Shown here in pieces: positions 28,442 through 35,073 of a DNA stretch of 64,000 nt; the stretch's first letter is position 1; each line of letters begins with the position of its first letter. A program made the translations under genes and the position numbers. Source of the DNA: Lignipirellula cremea (GTDB lineage Bacteria; Planctomycetota; Planctomycetia; Pirellulales; Pirellulaceae); contig NZ_CP036433.1 of NCBI RefSeq assembly GCF_007751035.1, positions 712,437-776,436 of the forward strand. Reading direction: 5' to 3'. The notes beneath the pieces were generated by a model. That model was not told where the DNA came from, did not search any database, and saw only the letters and a program-made list of their open reading frames with translations.

Positions 28442-30004
28442 TCAAAGGGAATGCGGCGTCGTCTGGGCGGCTTCCGCCCGCTGCTTGAGCACGGTGCGGT
28501 CCACCTTGCCGGCCGCATTGAGGGGCATCGTCGCCAGCACGACGATTTCTTCCGGAGCCTTGTAGCCTACCCTCTGCCGGGCGAAAAGAATAATGTCCGC
28601 ATCGGACGGACGCATCGCGCCGGGCTCCAGCACGACGTACGCCCGCACGTTCTCGCCATGGACCGGGTCGTGCACGCCGATGACTCCGGCTGTCGCAATC
28701 GCCGGGTGTGCGGCGACGGCCTCTTCGACTTCCTGCGGGCAGATATTTGATCCGTCGTGCACAATGATCTGCTTCTTCCGGCCGCAAAACCACAGGTAGC
28801 CGTCGGCGTCCGCCCGCATCAGGTCGCCCGTATCGAGCCAGCCGTCGACGATCGTTTCGGCCGTGGCCTGGGGGTTTTGCCAATAGCCGGGCGTGCAGGC
28901 GCAGGAGCGAATCCACATGCGGCCGGGCGAGCCGGGCGGCGCTTCGACATTCTTCGCATCGCGGAGCGACATCTCATAACCGGGGTTCAGCGTGCCGACC
29001 GAGCCCAGGCGGTTCTCGCCCGACGGCGGATTGATGGCGGCCATGCCGATCTCGGTCATGCCGTAGCTTTCGTCAATCGGATAGCCGGCCAAAGCGGTGA
29101 ACGTGTTCTCCAGTTCGGCCGAAACCTTGTCGCCTCCGGACAGGCACAAACGGATCGAAGCCAGATCGCTCGGCAGCGTATCGTGGTCGCGAACCAGCGC
29201 CGCCAAAGCAGCGGGCAGCATCCATAACACCGTGGGCTGAAACTGCCGCAGCAGCGGCAGGATTTCGGAACCTTCGCTCCCCCGTGGAATGATCAACTGG
29301 CCGCCAGCCGCCAGCGTCGCCAGACCAAACAGGGAGCCGCCAATGTGGGATAACGAAGTGCCCGGCAGAAAGAGGTCGTCTGCGGTGATCTCCATCCCTT
29401 GGATGCAGGCTGCCCGCATATAGCCGAACGTTCGTCCTGTATGGACGACGGCCTTGGGCGGCCCGGTGCTGCCGGACGTGAAGTACAGGAACGCCGCCGC
29501 ATTCAGGTCGGGCGTCGGCAGCGAACCGCCGGCCGCCGGCCGGGCAAGCAGTTCTTCGAAATGCAGACCGGCGCCATCGGCCGCCTTGTAACGCACCACG
29601 CCCCGTGGCATCTCGCGACTGCGTCGGCAGGCCGCCACATCGGCGTCCCGTTCGGCATGATGCAACAGCAGCACGGCGCCGCTGACCTGCAGGGCATGGT
29701 CGATCTCCGGCGGCATGTACCGGTAGTTCAGCGGCGTGGCGGTGAGCCCCGCCTTCAGGCAGGCCAGGTAATGCACGATCAATGCGGGACGATTCGGCAT
29801 CAACGACGCCACTCGATCGCCCGGCTGCAGTCCCAGCGCCAAGTACTGCTGCGCCAGCCGCGTGCTGCTGTCTTCCAGTTCAGACCACGACATTTGCGTG
29901 CGGGCCGAAGCCAGCGCCAGAGCGTGCGGCTTTGTCTGCAGGCCTGGACCCAGCAGCGGATACAGGTCGGGCGATTGAGTTAGCGTCGGACCAGCCAGCG
30001 GCAT
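28442..30004 (-). CDS. AMP-dependent synthetase/ligase (acyl-CoA synthetase family)
   Basis: AMP-binding motif YFTSGSTGPPKAVVHT and downstream adenylation motifs. Confidence 0.8.
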   Translation of the reverse strand: MPLAGPTLTQSPDLYPLLGPGLQTKPHALALASARTQMSWSELEDSSTRLAQQYLALGLQPGDRVASLMPNRPALIVHYLACLKAGLTATPLNYRYMPPEIDHALQVSGAVLLLHHAERDADVAACRRSREMPRGVVRYKAADGAGLHFEELLARPAAGGSLPTPDLNAAAFLYFTSGSTGPPKAVVHTGRTFGYMRAACIQGMEITADDLFLPGTSLSHIGGSLFGLATLAAGGQLIIPRGSEGSEILPLLRQFQPTVLWMLPAALAALVRDHDTLPSDLASIRLCLSGGDKVSAELENTFTALAGYPIDESYGMTEIGMAAINPPSGENRLGSVGTLNPGYEMSLRDAKNVEAPPGSPGRMWIRSCACTPGYWQNPQATAETIVDGWLDTGDLMRADADGYLWFCGRKKQIIVHDGSNICPQEVEEAVAAHPAIATAGVIGVHDPVHGENVRAYVVLEPGAMRPSDADIILFARQRVGYKAPEEIVVLATMPLNAAGKVDRTVLKQRAEAAQTTPHSL

Positions 30005-30171
30005 GCGGGCTTCCTCTTGGAAAGACAGGGAGAATCATGACAGCAGGCCAGGCGGACGACAGCGGAAACAGCCGCCAGCTGCATCATGACGCCCGTCGCC
30101 CGGCCATCCTCCCAGTGTACCTGGCGAACGCCGCTTTTTCCCGCCATCGCGACCAGATTCTCGTCGCCCAA

Positions 30172-31239
30172 TTATCGCGGAACAGGCGGCGACAACATGG
30201 CGGCGATCACGACCGACAGCACAAACAGCAGAAACAGCACTAGCACGATCCAGGTAACCAGGTGCGTACGCCGGGGCTCCCTGGGCGTGGCGGCCAGCGG
30301 CACGGGCCCCGCCAGCTGGACGATTTCTTCATAGTCTTTCGTTAGCAACTGCGGCTCTGGCCCTGCCCGGAGCAACTCCAGAATCCGCAGGCCGAGGATC
30401 GTTCCCACGGGAAACAACGGCAAGCTGAGCACGGACAGCATCTGCAGCGGCGCTCGCGACCACGCTTTGAGCCGGAAGGCGCCGACCGCGACGACCCCGG
30501 TCGCGGCGGCAACCGCCGCCAGCATGCCATTGGGGACGAAGATCGTCGCGCGTTGACCGACCGTCGAAAGGTCCGGGCCAGGCTGACGTTGCGACGCCAA
30601 CCCGAGAATCAGGCAGCAAGCGACCCACCCCAGCAACAGCAGGACGGCGGACCCTTTCAAACGGCGTTCGTCCGGCAAACGCTCGCAACGAAAGGCGGCC
30701 GCCGTACTCACCTTGAATGCATCGACCACCGGCGGAAAGCGGCGTGCGACCAGCCGCTGCAGCTGTTCCCAGTCCGCTTCGCTGGAGCAGCCCGACTTCA
30801 GCAGCACGACCCACGGCATCCCGCCCTGCTCGCCGCCGCGCAGCAGGAAGAAGCGTTCGTCCCGGACGATGCTTTGGAACACGTCCCATGCCAGCCAGGT
30901 TTTCTGATTCCTGGAGCCCAGGAGGATGCCTTGGTCGCTGACTTCCTGCCAGGCTTCGTCCGGAGCGGCGTCCTGCGCGGCGAACTGCCGGCGCTGATTC
31001 CAGGCGAACAACAGGCAGCATGCAAGCACTGCGCCTGCCACCGCCAGCAGGTGATAGGGGAACGGCAGTTTCAACTGGCCCAGAATCAACCCCGACAGCA
31101 CCATCACGCCGAGCAAAAGTCCCAGCCGCACATGCAAGGGGAACAGGTATCGCCGCACCCGTCGAAAATCGGGCCGCGTTAACCGACAGGTCAAGCGCAG
31201 CGTCTGGCCGGCTGCATCCATCGGGAGAGTAGTACCCAT
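30172..31239 (-). CDS. hypothetical membrane protein
   Basis: Several hydrophobic helices; no recognisable family. Confidence 0.4.
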   Translation of the reverse strand: MGTTLPMDAAGQTLRLTCRLTRPDFRRVRRYLFPLHVRLGLLLGVMVLSGLILGQLKLPFPYHLLAVAGAVLACCLLFAWNQRRQFAAQDAAPDEAWQEVSDQGILLGSRNQKTWLAWDVFQSIVRDERFFLLRGGEQGGMPWVVLLKSGCSSEADWEQLQRLVARRFPPVVDAFKVSTAAAFRCERLPDERRLKGSAVLLLLGWVACCLILGLASQRQPGPDLSTVGQRATIFVPNGMLAAVAAATGVVAVGAFRLKAWSRAPLQMLSVLSLPLFPVGTILGLRILELLRAGPEPQLLTKDYEEIVQLAGPVPLAATPREPRRTHLVTWIVLVLFLLFVLSVVIAAMLSPPVPR

Positions 31240-31448
31240 TCCTCGCGAAAAGTTTTGACCAGCGTCACACCCTGGCGTATCGCAGCGAGTTTAGAAGACG
31301 ACCTTTCCGTTTGCAAGCAGCAACGATATGGCCGCAGCCATGGAACGCCCGGCAGGAACGACGGCGACAGAGTGCAAAAAAACGCCCCGGGTCCGAGGGC
31401 TCGGTCCCGGGGCGTTGCTGGTGACAGCTTTTTGACGATCCTTGCTAG

Positions 31449-32552
31449 TTACAGGAGGTTGACGATCCGCTCGGCGAGGCCCTTCTCGCCGAGCACCACG
31501 CTGAGCTTCCCTTCGCCAGCGACCCGCTCCAGGACTTCCAGTTCCCGTAGACGCATCAACGTGGGGTTATCGGCCAGCAGCTTGGCCGTGTTCGCCTGGC
31601 TGCGCATGGCGGCCGTTTCCTCCCGCCGCGCAATCAGGTTCGCCTCGGCCGCCTTGCGGGCTTCGGTAACCTTGTTCATCAGCTCCTTCATATCGCCTGG
31701 CAGGATGATGTCGCGGATACCGGCCGACAGGACTTCCAGGCCCAGCTGGCTGGCCCGGCCGCGGATCTGCTGCTCCAGTTCCGCCACCAGCGCATCCTTG
31801 TCGCCCAGCACGGCGTCGAGCTCGCGGACCCCCACGACCGCCCGCAACGCCAGCTGCGCTTCGCGGTACAGGGCCTGCCGCACGTCGTCGCTCGCGGTGA
31901 CCGCCTGACGCGCGTCGACGATGCGGTATCCCACCAGGGCGTTCAACCGCAGCGTGACCTTGTCCGCCGTCATCACTTCCTGACCGCCGACATCGATCAC
32001 GGTTTCCCGCGTATCGACTTCCGCGATCTGAATCTCGGCCGCTCCCTGCCAGAAGGCGTACAGTCCCGGCGCCAGCGTTTCCTGGTACCGGCCGTTCTGG
32101 AACAGCACGCCCTCAAAGTGCCGCTGCAGGTTCCGCACGTCGAGCAGCCGGGCCGCCAGCGGCGACCGGGCGATGATCTTCAGGTCATGGTGCTCGAACC
32201 GCGCCTCCCGGGCGTCGACCACTTCAATCGTCACCTTCCGCTGGCCCGTCCAGTACGCGTACAGCCCCGGCGCCAGGATGTGGCTGAAGCGACCCTCCAC
32301 CCAGATCAGCGCCCGCTGGTAATCCTTCAGGTCGATGACCTCGGCCATCCCCGTCAGCGCGCCGGAGCGGATGATCACGTCGAGCTGCTCGTGCTGCAGC
32401 CACGGGTCCCGCTGGGAGACCACCTGCACGCGCACGCGGTCCAGCGGATCCAGCAGCCAGTGCGAACCGGCGCGGAGCAGTCCCTGGAACTCGTCGTTGC
32501 GGAAGAGCAGTCCGATCTCGTAGCTGCGAATCTTGAAGTGCTTCAGGAACAT
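31449..32552 (-). CDS. SPFH / band-7 domain protein
   Basis: Band-7 core and C-terminal coiled-coil (..DIILPGDMKELMNKVTEARKAAEANLIARREETAAMRSQANTAKLL..). Confidence 0.6.
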   Translation of the reverse strand: MFLKHFKIRSYEIGLLFRNDEFQGLLRAGSHWLLDPLDRVRVQVVSQRDPWLQHEQLDVIIRSGALTGMAEVIDLKDYQRALIWVEGRFSHILAPGLYAYWTGQRKVTIEVVDAREARFEHHDLKIIARSPLAARLLDVRNLQRHFEGVLFQNGRYQETLAPGLYAFWQGAAEIQIAEVDTRETVIDVGGQEVMTADKVTLRLNALVGYRIVDARQAVTASDDVRQALYREAQLALRAVVGVRELDAVLGDKDALVAELEQQIRGRASQLGLEVLSAGIRDIILPGDMKELMNKVTEARKAAEANLIARREETAAMRSQANTAKLLADNPTLMRLRELEVLERVAGEGKLSVVLGEKGLAERIVNLL

Positions 32553-33120
32553 GATGCTCGTACCTCCGTACAGGTTTTGCCGGTTCCGCAACCCGCGTTC
32601 TGGATCCGGAACGATCGCCTTTCACCGCAGCGAAAGCAGGCGCCCTGCTGCGGAGCAACGAGCGACGAACGGCCTGGATTTTTTCTGGATGCCTGATGTG
32701 ATGTGTGGACGTCGGTGCGTCCTGGTGAAATAAAAAAAGGCCCTCGGGAAAGACACGCCTTCTGTCGGTCGCAAGCGAAGATCACGGAGCGCGACTTGAG
32801 CGGTCACACGACCGCGGCTTCACGCCGGCGTCGGTCCGTCGGGCTGCCGAGCGCACAGGGCGTCGGGGCTGACGGAGGAGGACCGGCGTTGATCCACGGC
32901 CTGGTAAAGGCGGTATCCACGCGCTACAGGGTGTTCTTCACGGCTGCTTCCGCTGATCGGGATTCGTCGTCAAAGGCAGCATGGCCGCCGCCGCATCGCC
33001 GCGGTCGGCTGGCTTCCTTGTCAACGTCTCCCTGCCTGCGGTCGCTGACCGGGCAGTGGGTATCTTTCCGTTGGGCTAATCAGTGATGCACGCTTGCGCG
33101 CGCGACAGGGTGAAAACCTG

Positions 33121-33193
33121 CGGGTGGTGAAGGGTTCGAACCTCCTACATTCAGATTAAATGTCTGATGCTCTGCCAAATGAGCTAACCACGA
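33121..33193 (-). tRNA. tRNA-Lys(UUU)-like, probable pseudogene
   Basis: Manual minus-strand fold. D-arm TAGCTCATTTGGCAGAGCA. Anticodon arm TCAGA-CATTTAA-TCTGA (anticodon UUU, but A at position 33). T-arm GGAGG-TTCGAAC-CCTTC. Acceptor positions 1 and 2 are unpaired (5' TCGTGGT against 3' ACCACCC). Confidence 0.4.
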
Positions 33194-33305
33194 ACGTTTA
33201 TCGCCTTTGTTGTAAACCATGTACGGAACACGCCAGGCTAACTACCGCCGAGGGCGACGAGCCGGCGCGCCGCTGGACCCAGCGACAAACTTCCTTGCTT
33301 GAAAA

Positions 33306-33376
33306 TGACTCGTGCGGGAATCGAACCCGCGCCGCGAGAATGAGGGCCTCGCATCCTGCCGCTAGACGAACGAGCC
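33306..33376 (-). tRNA. tRNA-Glu(CUC)
   Basis: Acceptor GGCTCGT/ACGAGTC. D-arm GTCT..GGAT shared with the Glu(UUC) gene. Anticodon loop CCCTCAT (C33, anticodon CUC). T-arm GCGGG-TTCGATT-CCCGC. Confidence 0.55.
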
Positions 33377-33387
33377 GGAAACTTCAG

Positions 33388-33564
33388 CGGTGATGACGGG
33401 ATTTGAACCCGCACGAACGGATAGGAACTGGGGAAGAATAACTTCGGCTCACAGGAGTAGAACCGCCCGACGCTAGCGCGTTCGGCTCACTATACAAAAA
33501 CCGAAGTTATTTTCCCCTCGTTCCATAGACAATCCGTGATGATGCCAGGTTACATCACATCACC
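33388..33564 (-). tRNA. tRNA-Asp(GUC) interrupted by a 101-bp MITE in the anticodon loop
   Basis: With 33424-33524 and one ATA copy removed, the gene folds as GGTGATG..ACGGA-TTGTCTA-TCCGT..GCGGG-TTCAAAT-CCCGT-CATCACC-G. Perfect 7-bp acceptor, G73 and GUC anticodon are consistent with Asp. Confidence 0.55.
33424..33524. mobile_element. MITE-like 101-bp inverted-repeat element (copy 1) with ATA target-site duplication
   Basis: Terminal inverted repeats GGAACTGGGGAAGAATAACTTCGG / CCGAAGTTATTTTCCCCTCGTTCC. Flanked by ATA on both sides. Related terminal repeats occur at 51681-52071. Confidence 0.6.
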
Positions 33565-33601
33565 GGAGAACACCTTTTAATACCAGGCTTTTCCTCTCAG
33601 G

Positions 33602-33671
33602 CTGCAGGTCTCGGTATCGAACCGAGCGGGCGGGCCGTATGAAAGCCAGCTGGACACCTGTCGCACCTGCA
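33602..33671 (-). tRNA. tRNA-like fragment (acceptor stem + T-arm only), pseudogene
   Basis: Perfect 7-bp acceptor TGCAGGT/ACCTGCA and T-arm CTCGG-TTCGATA-CCGAG. No D-arm or anticodon arm could be folded from the intervening 38 nt. Confidence 0.3.
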
Positions 33672-33680
33672 ACGCTTTAG

Positions 33681-33765
33681 TAACCAGGGGGAGACTTGCA
33701 CTCCCAACTCCTCAGGGGGAACGACGTTCTAAGCGTCGCGCGTCTGCTAATTCCGCCACCTCGCC
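33681..33765 (-). tRNA. tRNA-Leu(UAG)-like class II tRNA, atypical (possible pseudogene)
   Basis: 85 nt. 5' half GGCGAGG-TG-GCGGAATTAGCAGACGC resembles bacterial tRNA-Leu. Anticodon arm CGACG-CTTAGAA-CGTCG. Long variable arm. T-arm GGGAG-TGCAAGT-CTCCC with G at position 55. Acceptor has two G.U pairs and one G.G mismatch. Discriminator A. Confidence 0.45.
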
Positions 33766-33830
33766 ATCCATCAACCTGCTTCTACTGCTTCTCTTGTCCT
33801 GCTTCTCTTCTTCCTGTCTCCTGATACAAG

Positions 33831-33912
33831 TACGCCGGGCAGGAGTTGAACCTGCACATCCCAAAGGCGGCTGCTTTACAGGCAGTTGGGCTCGCCGATG
33901 CCCAGCCGACGT
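33831..33912 (-). tRNA. tRNA-Tyr(GUA)
   Basis: Acceptor ACGTCGG/CCGGCGT. D-arm GGGC-ATCGGCGA-GCCC. Anticodon loop CTGTAAA. 14-nt variable arm. T-arm GCAGG-TTCAACT-CCTGC. Discriminator A. Confidence 0.7.
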
Positions 33913-33932
33913 ATGTTGTTTGCGTTCTTCAA

Positions 33933-34006
33933 TACCCAGAGCAGGGATCGAACCTGCATCCTCTCGGGTTTAAACCGAGTCGCTCTTCCGGTTGGCGCAC
34001 CTGGGC
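33933..34006 (-). tRNA. atypical class-I tRNA with UAA anticodon
   Basis: Acceptor GCCCAGG/TCTGGGT with G.U pairs at both ends. 3-bp D-stem. Anticodon arm CTCGG-TTTAAAC-CCGAG. 5-nt variable loop. T-arm GCAGG-TTCGATC-CCTGC. Discriminator A. A class-I scaffold with a Leu anticodon is noncanonical. Confidence 0.4.
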
Positions 34007-34014
34007 ATGAAAAG

Positions 34015-34086
34015 TAGTCCCGGATGGAATCGAACCATCGTATCCTGGATGTGAACCAGGCGTCGTCGCCGTTGGACCACGGGACT
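34015..34086 (-). tRNA. tRNA-Val(CAC)
   Basis: Perfect acceptor AGTCCCG/CGGGACT. Anticodon arm CCTGG-TTCACAT-CCAGG. T-arm GATGG-TTCGATT-CCATC. Confidence 0.7.
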
Positions 34087-34241
34087 GTTTCTGTTCCTGC
34101 ACTTCTTTCTAGTGCTGCGTCAAGGCAAAGAGTTCGGGTTCTTCCAATTAGCCGTTTTGGCGATAGCCACGGTTAACTAAAAGGAACAGCGGCTCGCGCG
34201 AAAATGGCCAAACCTGAAATGGAAACTTGACGCACCACTAG

Positions 34242-34312
34242 TGGACCTGCCGGGAGTCGCACCCGGATCTCCGGCCTGCGACGCCGGCGTCTTCCTGTTG
34301 GACGATAGGCCC
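34242..34312 (-). tRNA. tRNA-Ala(CGC)-like with G3.U70, atypical T-loop
   Basis: Acceptor GGGCCTA/CAGGTCC carries a G3.U70 wobble, the Ala identity element. Anticodon arm CCGGC-GTCGCAG-GCCGG. T-arm CCGGG-TGCGACT-CCCGG with G at position 55. Short D-loop. Confidence 0.45.
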
Positions 34313-34338
34313 ATTTTTTGAGCGATCTCGCTCAAGGC

Positions 34339-34409
34339 ATGCCCCCAAGGACTTGAACCCTGACAAACTGGGTTGGAACCAGCCGTGCTGCCAATTACAC
34401 CAGGGACAC
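34339..34409 (-). tRNA. tRNA-Trp(CCA)-like, acceptor top unpaired (possible pseudogene)
   Basis: D-arm GTGT-AATTGGCA-GCAC. Anticodon arm GCTGG-TTCCAAC-CCAGT (anticodon CCA). T-arm CAGGG-TTCAAGT-CCTTG. Only 4 of 7 acceptor pairs form (5' GTGTCCC against 3' GGGGGCA). Confidence 0.4.
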
Positions 34410-34425
34410 ACAAAACTTTCCTCAG

Positions 34426-34510
34426 CGGAAGCCGTGAGACTCGAACTCACAAGCGGCTTTCGCCGCCGCCTGTTTTCAAGACAGGGTCCTCATCCGGCCG
34501 GATGGCTTCC
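34426..34510 (-). tRNA. tRNA-Ser(UGA)
   Basis: Perfect acceptor GGAAGCC/GGCTTCC. Anticodon arm CCTGT-CTTGAAA-ACAGG. Long variable arm. T-arm GTGAG-TTCGAGT-CTCAC. Discriminator G. Confidence 0.75.
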
Positions 34511-34525
34511 TTCATGTTCTGCAAG

Positions 34526-34600
34526 CTGCGGGAGTTGGAATCGAACCAACGACCTCCTGGTTCAGAGCCAGGCATCACTACCAACAGCAACTATCCCGCA
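34526..34600 (-). tRNA. tRNA-Gln(CUG)
   Basis: U1-A72 acceptor TGCGGGA/TCCCGCA, typical of bacterial Gln. Anticodon loop CTCTGAA. T-arm GTTGG-TTCGATT-CCAAC. Confidence 0.75.
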
Positions 34601-34649
34601 TTGTTTCTTTTATGACTTCTACCTCAAGTTCTCCTCGCGACCTGTGGAG

Positions 34650-34724
34650 CTGCGGGAGCAGGAATCGAACCTGCGACCTCCTGGTTCAAAGCCAGGCATC
34701 ACTACCAGCAGCGACTGTCCCGCA
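34650..34724 (-). tRNA. tRNA-Gln(UUG)
   Basis: Near-duplicate of the Gln(CUG) gene. Anticodon loop CTTTGAA. T-arm GCAGG-TTCGATT-CCTGC. Confidence 0.75.
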
Positions 34725-34750
34725 TTGGACGATGGCTATATCACTTTGAA

Positions 34751-34822
34751 AGGGACGGGCGGGACTCGAACCCGCGCGAGGACGCTTAACAGACGTCTGC
34801 TCTGCCGCTGAGCTACCGACCC
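34751..34822 (-). tRNA. tRNA-Asn(GUU)
   Basis: D-arm TAGCTC-AGCGGCA-GAGC. Anticodon arm GACGT-CTGTTAA-GCGTC. T-arm GCGGG-TTCGAGT-CCCGC. One T.T mismatch in the acceptor. Confidence 0.65.
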
Positions 34823-34837
34823 GGCATGCCTGTAAAG

Positions 34838-34909
34838 AGTGTTCTGCGGGAGTCGAACCCGCCTCGCCAGGTTGGAAGCCTGGAGCCTTTGCCGCTCGGC
34901 CAAGAACAC
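34838..34909 (-). tRNA. tRNA-Gly(UCC)
   Basis: Perfect acceptor GTGTTCT/AGAACAC. Anticodon arm CCAGG-CTTCCAA-CCTGG. T-arm GCGGG-TTCGACT-CCCGC. Confidence 0.7.
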
Positions 34910-34961
34910 ATTTTTTGTATCTATCAATATCGGCGCCTGCCATTCCATGACACACGTTTAG

Positions 34962-35046
34962 CGGAAGGAGAGGGAGTCGAACCCCCAAGGCTGTGAAGCT
35001 CACCCCGGTTCGAGCGGGGCGCCGTCGCCCATCGGCTGGCCCTTCC
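34962..35046 (-). tRNA. tRNA-Ser(CGA)
   Basis: Acceptor GGAAGGG/TCCTTCC. Anticodon arm CCCCG-CTCGAAC-CGGGG. Long variable arm. T-arm GGGGG-TTCGACT-CCCTC. Discriminator G. Confidence 0.7.
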
Positions 35047-35073
35047 ATACAAAGCAACGCTACTTTCGCGGAG

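Noticed and set aside
33424-33524. Possibility that the insertion in tRNA-Asp is a bacterial tRNA group I intron
   Set aside because: At 101 nt it is far shorter than group I introns. It has terminal inverted repeats, flanking ATA duplications, and a related copy in an intergenic region (51681-52071), which fits a MITE better.
34087-34241. Additional tRNA in the 155-bp gap between Val and Ala
   Set aside because: No T-arm-like (GTTCRANYC) or acceptor pairing could be found; the region is probably spacer.
34353-34811. Short ORFs with repeated peptide fragments (..RPPGSEPGITT..) inside the tRNA array
   Set aside because: They are translations of duplicated tRNA-Gln genes and other tRNAs, not proteins.
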